Part shown: positions 17,451 through 26,975 of the stretch, piece after piece
Layout of the letters: each line of letters begins with the position of its first letter
Numbering within the stretch: the first letter of the stretch is position 1
DNA from: a virus
Lineage: Duplodnaviria > Caudoviricetes
IMG/VR virus record: IMGVR_UViG_3300046786_000184
Coordinates: 1 to 38,729 of that record
DNA length: 38,729 bases
Strand: one strand, 5' to 3'
Program-made: the position numbers and the translations under genes
The notes under the pieces: generated by a model
The model's database searches: none
Told to the model about the DNA's origin: nothing
What the model saw: only the letters and a program-made list of their open reading frames with translations

Positions 17451-18524
17451 ATGGAGAATTTTAAAGTTCGTGCCGTAGACTTTGAGCAGAAGTCTGTGGT
17501 AGAAGTAGAGCAAGAGCTTATTGAACAGCATGAACAGAAGCTTGCTGAGCAACAAGAAACACCAGAGGTAGAGGTTCAACCAGAAGTTCAACCAACGGTA
17601 GAGATAAAAGACGAAGACGTTCTTTCATATATTGGAAACAGATACAACAAGGAGATTAAGTCTCTTGATGAACTGTTTGAACAGCGAGAGTCTAATGGAG
17701 ACCTTGATCCAGAGATTGCTACATACATGAAGTATAAGCAAGAGACTGGTAGAAGTTACGATGACTTTGTTAAGTTAAATCGTGACATCGACAATGTTGA
17801 CCAGATGACTCTATTGGCTGAATACAAAAAGCAGGTAGAAGAACTTGATGACGAGGATGTAGCATGGGAGCTATCAAAGTATGAGTACGATGAAGACCTA
17901 GATGACGAATCAGATATCAAAGAGAAGAAGCTTGCTATTAAAAAGGAACTGAAGAAGGCGAAGGAATACTTCGAGAAGCAGAAGGATCAGTATAAGATAC
18001 CCCTTGAGTCAAGAGGTAATCCTGTACCAGAAGCGGATCGTGAGGAATACGAAGCTTTCCGAAAGTATAAACAGTCGGAATCATCACAAGAGGAGGACAA
18101 TCTGAAGCGGTCTCAGTATTTTGCTGATAAGACAGACTCACTATTCAACGACAAGTTTGAAGGTTTCAAATATAATGTCGGAGAAGAGAGCTTTGTTTTT
18201 AAACCAGCCGAGGCTAATGTTCTTAAGCAGAACCAATCAAACCTAGTGGAGTTCATTCAGAGCTTTCTAGATGAGAATGGGTATCTTAAGGATGCAGAGG
18301 ATTACCACCGAAGAATAGCGATGGCTATGAATCCAGAGAAGTTTGCTCAATATTTTTATGAGCAGGGTAAGGCTAAGGGTATTGAGGGCATTTCACGAGA
18401 TAGTAAAAATATCGACATGAGTACTCGTACAAATACACAAGTAGCACCAAGCAACAATGGATTACAGATCAGAGCTGTTGATGATGGTACCAACGGTATA
18501 TATAAAATAAAAAGTAAAAAGTAA
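17451..18524 (+). CDS. Capsid scaffolding protein
   Basis: Very acidic helical 357 aa directly before the capsid gene; FYEQGKA. Confidence 0.75.
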   Translation: MENFKVRAVDFEQKSVVEVEQELIEQHEQKLAEQQETPEVEVQPEVQPTVEIKDEDVLSYIGNRYNKEIKSLDELFEQRESNGDLDPEIATYMKYKQETGRSYDDFVKLNRDIDNVDQMTLLAEYKKQVEELDDEDVAWELSKYEYDEDLDDESDIKEKKLAIKKELKKAKEYFEKQKDQYKIPLESRGNPVPEADREEYEAFRKYKQSESSQEEDNLKRSQYFADKTDSLFNDKFEGFKYNVGEESFVFKPAEANVLKQNQSNLVEFIQSFLDENGYLKDAEDYHRRIAMAMNPEKFAQYFYEQGKAKGIEGISRDSKNIDMSTRTNTQVAPSNNGLQIRAVDDGTNGIYKIKSKK

Positions 18525-18545
18525 AACAACTAAAACAAAAGAAAA

Positions 18546-19964
18546 ATGGCTGGTACATTATCTAGCGTTCCTAACTATGAGTTGCTACAACCAAGCTCAA
18601 AAAAGGCCGCACTAAGCACAAACTACATTACTGATTTCGATTTCATGAATCAGTACCTTCCAGACGTTTACGAGCAAGAGTTCGAGCGTTATGGAAATCG
18701 CACAATCTCTGGATTCCTTCGTCAGTTGGGAGCTGAGATTCCATCTAACTCTGACTTGATCAAATGGACAGAGCAAGGTCGTTTGCACACTAAATATGCA
18801 AATGTTAATGCTGATTCTGCTATTACTACAGATTTAGCTACATTTACAGTTGGTGATGTTGACGCTGCTGGAACTACATTGAAGTGTAATTTCCGAGTTG
18901 GTCAAGTAGTATTCTTGTCTTCTAACACTACTACTGCTAGTGCAAAAGGATTGATTACTGAGGCAGTAGAGGGAACATCTGTTTTCAAAGTTGCATTCTA
19001 CGATGCTGCTGGTTCTCCATTTGTATTGAACTCTAAAGTAACTGCATTCGTTTACGGTTCTGAATTTAAAAAAGGAACTGAAGGTATGAACGGATCTCTT
19101 GAGGCTGAAGTTAAAATCTTCGATGTTAAACCAGTTATTATCAAAGATAAATTCGCTATTGCTGGATCTGACATGGCTCAAATTGGTTGGGTTGAAGTAG
19201 AAGGTGATAACGGAATGGGATACCTTTGGTACTTGAAGTCACAACACGAAACTCGTCTACGTTTCGAGGATTACCTTGAAATGATGATGGTTGAGCACGT
19301 TGAGGCTGAGGCTGGTTCTCAAGCACTTACAGAATTGTCTGGTGGTTCAACTCCATCTGCTGGTTCTATGGGATTGTTTGAATCTATCGAATCTCGTGGT
19401 AACATCTGGTCTGGTGGTATTCCATCAACTATGCAAGACTTTGATGATATCTTGAACCGTTTGGATAAAGAAGGATCTATCGCTGAAAACACATTGTTCA
19501 TCAACCGTGCATTCTCTTTGTCTATCGACGATATGTTGGCAGCACAAAACTCTTACGGAGTTGGAGGTACATCTTACGGATTGTTCGACAATGACAAAGA
19601 GATGGCTCTTAACCTTGGATTCACAGGATTCCGTCGTGGTTCTTATGACTTCTACAAGACTGACTGGAAATACTTAAACGATGCATCGCTTCGTGGAGGT
19701 ATCGTAGGTGGTATTGTTAACGGAGTTATGGTTCCAGCTGGTGCTATGTCTGTTTACGATCAAGTAATCGGGAAGAACCTTAAGCGTCCATTCTTGCACG
19801 TTCGTTACCGTCAGTCTGAAACTGAAAACCGTCGTTACAAGACTTGGATGACAGGATCAGCTGGTGGTGCACAAACTAGCAGCCTAGATGCAATGGAAGT
19901 TCACTTCTTGTCTGAGCGTGCACTTTGTACACTTGGAGCGAATAACTTCTTTATCTTCGAATAA
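18546..19964 (+). CDS. Major capsid protein
   Basis: 472 aa, strongly biased codons, QYLPD.YE.E.ERYGNR, W.EQGRLH, FLSERALCTLGANNF; strong terminator follows. Confidence 0.9.
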   Translation: MAGTLSSVPNYELLQPSSKKAALSTNYITDFDFMNQYLPDVYEQEFERYGNRTISGFLRQLGAEIPSNSDLIKWTEQGRLHTKYANVNADSAITTDLATFTVGDVDAAGTTLKCNFRVGQVVFLSSNTTTASAKGLITEAVEGTSVFKVAFYDAAGSPFVLNSKVTAFVYGSEFKKGTEGMNGSLEAEVKIFDVKPVIIKDKFAIAGSDMAQIGWVEVEGDNGMGYLWYLKSQHETRLRFEDYLEMMMVEHVEAEAGSQALTELSGGSTPSAGSMGLFESIESRGNIWSGGIPSTMQDFDDILNRLDKEGSIAENTLFINRAFSLSIDDMLAAQNSYGVGGTSYGLFDNDKEMALNLGFTGFRRGSYDFYKTDWKYLNDASLRGGIVGGIVNGVMVPAGAMSVYDQVIGKNLKRPFLHVRYRQSETENRRYKTWMTGSAGGAQTSSLDAMEVHFLSERALCTLGANNFFIFE

Positions 19965-19980
19965 TAGAATGTCAAATACT

Positions 19981-20009
19981 GGGGAGGATTTAGGTCCTCC
20001 CCTTATTTT
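19981..20009 (+). terminator. Rho-independent terminator
   Basis: ggggagga-loop-tcctcccc then ttatttt. Confidence 0.85.
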
Positions 20010-20030
20010 CTTAATTTAAATTTAAATCAA

Positions 20031-20774
20031 ATGAACAATCAAAAGACCTACTTATTAGTAGGAAAATCTCCATTAAGTCTTATCTTGCAGTCAAGAGACA
20101 ATAGACATAGACGGCTTCTGTATAATGATACAGATAAAAAGAAACAACGAAGCCTTCGTTATGCAAGCAATCAAGAGTCACCATTTATTGATGAACAAGA
20201 TGAAAATTTCATCTGTGAACCTATTGTGTTTGAAGATGGTCGTCTTTTAGTTTCTGAAAATAATTATATTTTAAACAGATTTCTTGAAATTCATCCAGAT
20301 AATGTGGCCAATGGAGGTGGATTATTTGAGGTATGGGACCCTAAAAAAGTAGCAGAAGAAAAGTTAAGAATGGAAGATGTTATCTTAGATGCAAAAATTG
20401 CAGCTAGATCTTTGAGTCCAGATAAGATGTCTGCTGTAGTTAGAGTATTTAAGGATATCAATCCAGACAAGTTATCTATTGATGAATTAAAGTGGGAGAT
20501 TCGTAACATTGCAAATCATTATCCAGAAGAATTCTTGGAGATTATTGAAGATCCAGATTTATTTGTTGATGATCTTGGAGTAAGAGCTATCAATGATGGT
20601 TATATTTCTGTTCGAAATGGTGGACGTGATCTTCATTACAACTTAAAGGACAACAAGAAACGAATGTTCTCAGTTCCTATGGATGAATCACCAGAAAGTG
20701 CACTAGTTGCATGGTTCAAGACAGAGGACGGGCATGAGTTCTATCAATATCTAGTTAATCAATACGAAAAATAA
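20031..20774 (+). CDS. Phage protein downstream of capsid gene
   Basis: 247 aa; RSLRYASNQESPF.DEQ..IVFEDG.L. Confidence 0.8.
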   Translation: MNNQKTYLLVGKSPLSLILQSRDNRHRRLLYNDTDKKKQRSLRYASNQESPFIDEQDENFICEPIVFEDGRLLVSENNYILNRFLEIHPDNVANGGGLFEVWDPKKVAEEKLRMEDVILDAKIAARSLSPDKMSAVVRVFKDINPDKLSIDELKWEIRNIANHYPEEFLEIIEDPDLFVDDLGVRAINDGYISVRNGGRDLHYNLKDNKKRMFSVPMDESPESALVAWFKTEDGHEFYQYLVNQYEK

Positions 20775-20779
20775 AATAT

Positions 20780-20808
20780 AGAGGTCGCAAATTGCGACCT
20801 CTTTTTTT
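20780..20808 (+). terminator. Rho-independent terminator
   Basis: agaggtcgcaa-a-ttgcgacctct plus T tract. Confidence 0.85.
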
Positions 20809-20810
20809 AT

Positions 20811-20818
20811 TATCTTTG
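20811..20818 (+). promoter_or_regulatory. -7 promoter box TATCTTTG
   Basis: TAnnTTTG after terminator, followed by palindrome AGTTATATAACT. Confidence 0.7.
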
Positions 20819-20848
20819 CCGAGTTATATAACTAATAAACTATAAAAA

Positions 20849-21163
20849 ATGGAAAAGTTCTTAAAATTGACCGCTGGGTCTAACGTAACTCTTATCAATG
20901 TTTCTAGCATTCAGTTTGTTGCTACTACATTGGCTAACCCTACAGTTGTAGATGTATTAATCGGTGCTGGTGGTGCTGGTACTACTACTGACATTGTTAG
21001 CATTACATCATCTGCAACTGCAACCGACGCTGCAAAAGCTGCGTTCCGTGATGCTATCTATGCTGCTATCGAGGCTGCTAATAAGCCTAACAGCAATCCA
21101 GATGCATTTATTGTTCCTGTATTGCCTGCTGGTACTGCTATTGCTAGTGTAGCTTCAGCGTAA
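20849..21163 (+). CDS. Ala/Thr-rich small protein, possible capsid decoration protein
   Basis: Monocistronic with own promoter and terminator; GCT/ACT codon bias like the capsid gene. Confidence 0.6.
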   Translation: MEKFLKLTAGSNVTLINVSSIQFVATTLANPTVVDVLIGAGGAGTTTDIVSITSSATATDAAKAAFRDAIYAAIEAANKPNSNPDAFIVPVLPAGTAIASVASA

Positions 21164-21193
21164 TCTTGAACTAACAGTACAAGAAATGTATTG

Positions 21194-21225
21194 AAAGGGT
21201 AGTCACTAAGTGTCTGCCCTTTTTT
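21194..21225 (+). terminator. Rho-independent terminator
   Basis: aaagggtag..ctgcccttt stem with inner cac/gtg, T tract. Confidence 0.7.
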
Positions 21226-21227
21226 AT

Positions 21228-21235
21228 TATCTTTG
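21228..21235 (+). promoter_or_regulatory. -7 promoter box TATCTTTG for tail operon
   Basis: TAnnTTTG, ATG after 5 nt at 21241. Confidence 0.7.
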
Positions 21236-21240
21236 CAGAT

Positions 21241-21954
21241 ATGATTAATACTATCCGAAATACCGTCTTATCGATCATAAGTAAGGATAACCGTGGATAC
21301 ATCACTCCAGAGGAATTCAACTTGTTCGCACGTCAAGCACAGCTAGAGATTTTCCAGCAGTACTTCTATGACTTAGGTCACGGATTGATCAAGCAGAATG
21401 CACGTATGATCACATCTGAGTATTCAGATCATCCTGCACGTATGGAGGACGTTATAAATACGTTCACTGTAAATAATGAGGTTCTAGGTTATAACCCTTT
21501 GAGTGGTAAATTTTATCTACAGGGTGTTATTGGAAGTCCTACATTATTTAAAGTAAACAGACTTGTTTACAACTTGAACACGGAGATTGAGCAGGTCAGT
21601 CAGTATAAGATAATGAACTTGAACTCGTCATTGTTGACAGCTCCGTCTGTAAAGTATCCAGCATATGTTGTTGATCAGAATGGGTACAGTATCTACCCAC
21701 AGACTATCACCAGCAATGTAACAATGAATTATATACGTACTCCAAGAGATCCAAAGTGGACATATACGATGGTTGGAAACGTACCTTTATTTAATCCAGC
21801 ACAATCAGACTACCAAGACTTTGAACTGCCAGTATCTGACGGTCCACTGTTGGTGGTTAAGATACTTCAGTACTCTGGTATGTCTATCCGTGAGGATGCT
21901 GTTGTAGCTGCAATGGAGAACGAGGAGGCAATTGATATACAAAAAAAGGCATAA
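21241..21954 (+). CDS. Head-tail adaptor / tail ring protein
   Basis: GYITPEEFNLFA.QAQLEIF, YIRTP.DPKW, DFELP; position after head genes. Confidence 0.7.
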   Translation: MINTIRNTVLSIISKDNRGYITPEEFNLFARQAQLEIFQQYFYDLGHGLIKQNARMITSEYSDHPARMEDVINTFTVNNEVLGYNPLSGKFYLQGVIGSPTLFKVNRLVYNLNTEIEQVSQYKIMNLNSSLLTAPSVKYPAYVVDQNGYSIYPQTITSNVTMNYIRTPRDPKWTYTMVGNVPLFNPAQSDYQDFELPVSDGPLLVVKILQYSGMSIREDAVVAAMENEEAIDIQKKA

Positions 21955-21957
21955 TAG

Positions 21958-22866
21958 ATGGCATACATTAGTAACTATCAGTACTACACAAACGGAGGCG
22001 TAACACCTACAGATCAGAACTGGGGTGAGTACCAGTATGTGTCATTGCATGACATCGTTAATGACTTCATGTTGATGAATGTTGGGCCAGACAAGCTGGT
22101 TGACAATGTCAAGCGTTATGAGGTGTTATATTATGCAAAGGATGCCGTTAAGGAGTTGAACTTTGATGCTATGCGTAACATCAAGGTGGTCGAGCTTAAT
22201 GTTGGTGACAACCTTAAGATGATCCTTCCTCCAGACTACGTGGACTATATCCGTATCTCTTTGAACGTAGACGGACAGCTTTATCCATTGACAGAGAATA
22301 GCAGAGTGTTATCTGCCAGTGCATATCTACAAGACAACAACAACGAGGTTCTATTTGATTTGAACGGAGAGGTTTTGACTGGTACATCTGTACTTGACAT
22401 CAAACGACTTGAGCAGCACACATACTGGGGTCCTGGAATATACAACGGATGCCAGGGATGGTGCTGGGGCGACAACTGGTACTTTAGCTATCGAATTGGT
22501 TCACGCTACGGCATGGACCCATCTGAGGCAAACATCAATCCTAAGTTCCGTGTCAACCGCTCAGCTGGTGTGATTGACTTCAGTTCAATGCGTCCAAACA
22601 GCTTGATTGTTATCGAGTATGTGTCTGACGGCATGGAGAACGGTGACGATGATATGATACAGATCAACAAGTTTGCCGAGCGATTTGTAAAGGCACACAT
22701 AAAATATATGCTGATGACTAACAAGGCATCGGTTAATGAATACATTGTGAGACGTACACAGACCGAGCGTAAGTCCGAGCTGCGTAACGCACGAATTAGA
22801 ATGAGTAATATTCACCCGTCTAGACTCCTCATGACATTGAGAGGTCAAGGCAAATGGATTAAATAA
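21958..22866 (+). CDS. Tail ring / tubular protein
   Basis: LPPDYVDYIRIS, IVIEYVSDG; precedes the muzzle-like gene. Confidence 0.7.
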   Translation: MAYISNYQYYTNGGVTPTDQNWGEYQYVSLHDIVNDFMLMNVGPDKLVDNVKRYEVLYYAKDAVKELNFDAMRNIKVVELNVGDNLKMILPPDYVDYIRISLNVDGQLYPLTENSRVLSASAYLQDNNNEVLFDLNGEVLTGTSVLDIKRLEQHTYWGPGIYNGCQGWCWGDNWYFSYRIGSRYGMDPSEANINPKFRVNRSAGVIDFSSMRPNSLIVIEYVSDGMENGDDDMIQINKFAERFVKAHIKYMLMTNKASVNEYIVRRTQTERKSELRNARIRMSNIHPSRLLMTLRGQGKWIK

Positions 22867-25800
22867 TGCCAGATATTAGCAATACTTTTATCTCTGGGAT
22901 CATGAATAAAGATCTCGATGATAGACTTGTACCCGTCGGTACTTTCCGAGATGCTTTGAATATTGATGTGGATACCTCTAGCAGTAGCAATGTTGGTATG
23001 GCCCAGAACGTCATGGGTAACGAACTTACTGTTGATCTAGCTACTGTGTCTGGGCAGCCTGTAGTTGACGCACGAACTATTGGTGCAGTTGTGCACGAGT
23101 CAAATGGTCTCATCTACTGGTTTGTTGCTTCTGACTACTTTGACGGAATATATGAGTACAACTCACTGGAAGGAACTGTTGCTATTGTATTGCAGTCAAA
23201 CAAACCTAATGAGAGCACACCATCTCAGTTGAACTTTCGTAAGGAGTATTCTATCACTGGTGTGAACTACATACTTGGTGATAACACGGATAGCTATTTA
23301 TATTGGACGGATGATTACAATCCCCCAAGAAGAATAAACATTGCAAGAGTCAAATACCCTACCTGGGATATTAACGACTATCGCATTGATATGGACATCA
23401 ACGTGATTCTTGCTCCACCATTATATGCACCTAGCATTGAGCCATTCTTTGATACTGAAGAATCACAGGCATCTAATATGTCTGAGAAATTCATGTATTT
23501 TGCATACAGATACAAATATGTTGACGGACAGTACAGCTCGTTGTCTCCATTCTCAGCTGTTGCATTTGGGCCTAAAGACTTTTATTACGACTATGGTATT
23601 GGTAACAACCGATCCATGACGAATAAATACAATTCTGTACGTGTCTCATTTGAAACTGGTAATGAGTTTGTAGAAGCAGTTCAGCTTGTTGTTCGTGATA
23701 CAAAGTCTATAAATGTGTCAGTTATTGATACATATGATAAAAACTTGTTGTCCATACCAGATGATTTATCTTGGAGAATTGTATTTACAAATAATAAACT
23801 ATATGCTGCCCTACCTCAAGAACAAGTTACACGTCTTTTCGACAATGTACCTCTACTGGCAAAGGCACAGGACGTTGTAGGAAATCGTATTGCATACGGT
23901 AACTATGTACAGTTCCAGAATATTGTTGACTGCAATGGAGACGACATAAATGTGAACTTCTCGTTGTCATTAACATCTACAGAGGCAGGATTTGAAGATC
24001 CTAAGCCTACATGGAGATCAGATAGAGATTATGAATTTGGTATTGTGTATCTTGATGACTATGGTAGAATGACCACTGTTCTTGCAAGTCAAAACAATTC
24101 TATAAATGTACCTCCAGCTAATTCTGTAAGTTCTAATACAATATCACTTCGCCTAAGCAGTTCTCCCCCATGTTGGGCTACACATTATCGTATTGTTGTT
24201 AAGCAACCAAAGAAATCATACTATAATGTGTTTCCTATTATATTCTATGAGAATGGATTATTTAGATATTTTAGAATACATGAATCTGATAAGGATAAAA
24301 TAAGAGTTGGAGAATACGTAATATTTAAATCTGTAGCAGATGGTGCTACATTAACAAATAAAAAATATAAAATACTTGAGATTGATACCCAACAAGCTGG
24401 TTTTATAAATGGAAATCAATTTACTGAAACGGAAGGACTTTATTTTAAAATTAAGGTTGATGTATCATCTGAATTAAGTACTGCAAATTTATCTATATTT
24501 TCAAGAGAATCTGAAACTAATAATGGGTATCAAGATAATACAAATCAAATAAGCAACGATTATTTATTTGATCAATCTTATCCGTTAGTTATACAAGATT
24601 TATCTAATTCATCAGTACAATTAGGTGGATTTGGTGCTTTAGACAAATCTATACATTATGGATCTGGCAATTCAAATGCTATAGTTAGTGGTGGTACTAC
24701 TCAAGGTGTTATTTATAAAGGTGCTGTAGATAGAAGGATAACTATAGAGATAGTAACACCAACTACATTTAAATGGACGCAAGATATTAGATCTGCAAAT
24801 GGGTGGATAGGGCCTATAAATATACCTAATGGTGAATATGGATTCTTTCAAGACCCAAGCAATTCATCTAGTCATTTATTTTATGTTACATTTAACAATA
24901 GTTATGATTTTATTCAGGGAGATAGGTGGAAAATAAATTGTAGAGTATCTAGTTCTGAAGGTGATGCATTGGCTTTTGACTGGCCTAACAATCCATACAA
25001 TTCTTTAGAAGGTGCCTCTAATTATTTTGGTGGATTAGGTATACCATATACTAATGGAGATCAATACAATGTTATATCAAGTGGATATGGCGGTGGGTGT
25101 ATTGTAACTACAGATGAGATTGGATATCAAAATATATATCCTGGATCAATTATAAGAATAAGAATTATTCAAGATTCACAAAATGATTCAGAACAATCAG
25201 ATACACAAGAATTTATATCCCCATCATTTTATGAAAATATTGAGGAATGGTTTGTTGAGTCTAGTGCTTGGCAAGAATTCGTTCAGTATGATAATTATGG
25301 CTCAAATATAAATGCTCAAGGAGTTACATTTAGAAGGGGATACCTTAATGAGGGAGATTCGGATATAATGCCTACTCAGAACTTCATAACTCAACAAAGA
25401 AGCGGATCAGATTTGTCTTTTACTACGGAATATGCTCCAATGCATATGATCATTAGGGGTTATGGTGATAGTTATCCAAATAATAATCTTGGAGTTGGTG
25501 GGTTTGATAAAAACACTGTTAAATGCAGTTTAGAAATAATACAGTCTTCTAAGAAAGTATTATGCGAAACTATTCCTTCTGAAACAGACGTAGATATATA
25601 CCACGAGTTATTTCAGACATACCCTATTGTAGATAACAAGCATGTTGTTTTGTGGGACTATGACGATTATGAGTATGTGAGTGGAGGCCCATTCAATGGA
25701 TATACACGATTGACTCAACTTGATTCAGAACGTCCTAAGAAACGTCCTCACTACTTCAACGTAGGAGATGTCGTTTATGTAAACTCATCGGCAGCACCAA

Positions 25801-26975
25801 TGCCAGATGGAACTTATAACGTGCTTGCTGTTGAGAATCTTTACTCTATAATTGTTGAGTTGGTATTCCCAGGTGCTGGTGGTATAACTCCAGGAACTGT
25901 TAAGTTTGACGGATCGCTAGAGCAAGACCAAGGCAATATATTTACACCAGCAGTTATAGAGATAAACAAGCCACAAAGCTTTAACACTGAGTTCAGTGCT
26001 TGGTGCTGGGGTAACGGTCTAGAGTCAGACAGAATTTACGATGACTTCAACCAGACTGAGAAGGACTTCAGCGTGCGTGTAACTACGCCAGTTGAGGACT
26101 ACAAGCAGGTACGAAGTGAGGCATCTATATGCTACAGTGGGATATTCAAGCAGGGGTCTGGAATTAACAGACTGAATGAGTTTAACTTATCACTATCTAA
26201 CTTCAAGTATCTTGACAGAGACTTCGGTTCTATTCAGAAGTTGTATGCACGAAATACAGACATAGTTGTATTCCAGCAGAACAAGGTGTCGAACGTACTG
26301 TATGAGAAGAACGTATTGTTTGACTCTGTAGGTGGAGGCCAGGTTGTATCTATACCAGAGGTATTGGGAACACAGATACCAATGATTGGTGAGTACGGAA
26401 TAAGTAACAACCCAGAGTCATTTGATGACTGGGGGACAACGGTGTTCTTTACTGACGCTAGAAAGGGATTAGTTCTTCAGATGGAGAATGACCAGATCAC
26501 AGAGGTGTCTAGCTGGGGCATGAACGACTTTTTTAGAGATATAATGCGTAATAATCCTTACACACAGAAGTTGGGATGTTATGATCCATATCTACACAAG
26601 TATGTACTTGCGTTTAACGATCAGAAGGTTGTGCCATGTAAGTTGACACTTAGCAGATATTCGTATAAGGGACCATCTAATGCCTTTGGTATTATGGCTT
26701 TTTTAATTGACACAGATACAAGCTGGACGATATCAGTACAGAACGAAGGTTATGGTACTTATTGGGTATCTGACTACGCCACATCTGGTTTTGGTTCTCA
26801 GAACATATTTATAAATGTTGCTAAAAACACAACAGGTTTTAACAGATTTGTTACCTTTGTGGTGTCATATTGTGACGGTCTGACTCAAGAGTTTGTTTTA
26901 AATCAAGCAAAGGGAAAAAGAGGCCAAGTTGTATTGACTGTATTTAACAACCCAACACCAGTTATAAAGCACTAA
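22866..26975 (+). CDS. Tail stabilization / muzzle-like protein with C-terminal BACON-like domain
   Basis: F..G.MNKDLDDRL.P.G.F.DALN start, YWTD.YNPPR.IN, FAYRYKY.DG.YS, NRI.YGNY, FG.IQKL, EYGIS.NPESF; BACON-like at about 26637-26909. Confidence 0.8.
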   Translation: MPDISNTFISGIMNKDLDDRLVPVGTFRDALNIDVDTSSSSNVGMAQNVMGNELTVDLATVSGQPVVDARTIGAVVHESNGLIYWFVASDYFDGIYEYNSLEGTVAIVLQSNKPNESTPSQLNFRKEYSITGVNYILGDNTDSYLYWTDDYNPPRRINIARVKYPTWDINDYRIDMDINVILAPPLYAPSIEPFFDTEESQASNMSEKFMYFAYRYKYVDGQYSSLSPFSAVAFGPKDFYYDYGIGNNRSMTNKYNSVRVSFETGNEFVEAVQLVVRDTKSINVSVIDTYDKNLLSIPDDLSWRIVFTNNKLYAALPQEQVTRLFDNVPLLAKAQDVVGNRIAYGNYVQFQNIVDCNGDDINVNFSLSLTSTEAGFEDPKPTWRSDRDYEFGIVYLDDYGRMTTVLASQNNSINVPPANSVSSNTISLRLSSSPPCWATHYRIVVKQPKKSYYNVFPIIFYENGLFRYFRIHESDKDKIRVGEYVIFKSVADGATLTNKKYKILEIDTQQAGFINGNQFTETEGLYFKIKVDVSSELSTANLSIFSRESETNNGYQDNTNQISNDYLFDQSYPLVIQDLSNSSVQLGGFGALDKSIHYGSGNSNAIVSGGTTQGVIYKGAVDRRITIEIVTPTTFKWTQDIRSANGWIGPINIPNGEYGFFQDPSNSSSHLFYVTFNNSYDFIQGDRWKINCRVSSSEGDALAFDWPNNPYNSLEGASNYFGGLGIPYTNGDQYNVISSGYGGGCIVTTDEIGYQNIYPGSIIRIRIIQDSQNDSEQSDTQEFISPSFYENIEEWFVESSAWQEFVQYDNYGSNINAQGVTFRRGYLNEGDSDIMPTQNFITQQRSGSDLSFTTEYAPMHMIIRGYGDSYPNNNLGVGGFDKNTVKCSLEIIQSSKKVLCETIPSETDVDIYHELFQTYPIVDNKHVVLWDYDDYEYVSGGPFNGYTRLTQLDSERPKKRPHYFNVGDVVYVNSSAAPMPDGTYNVLAVENLYSIIVELVFPGAGGITPGTVKFDGSLEQDQGNIFTPAVIEINKPQSFNTEFSAWCWGNGLESDRIYDDFNQTEKDFSVRVTTPVEDYKQVRSEASICYSGIFKQGSGINRLNEFNLSLSNFKYLDRDFGSIQKLYARNTDIVVFQQNKVSNVLYEKNVLFDSVGGGQVVSIPEVLGTQIPMIGEYGISNNPESFDDWGTTVFFTDARKGLVLQMENDQITEVSSWGMNDFFRDIMRNNPYTQKLGCYDPYLHKYVLAFNDQKVVPCKLTLSRYSYKGPSNAFGIMAFLIDTDTSWTISVQNEGYGTYWVSDYATSGFGSQNIFINVAKNTTGFNRFVTFVVSYCDGLTQEFVLNQAKGKRGQVVLTVFNNPTPVIKH

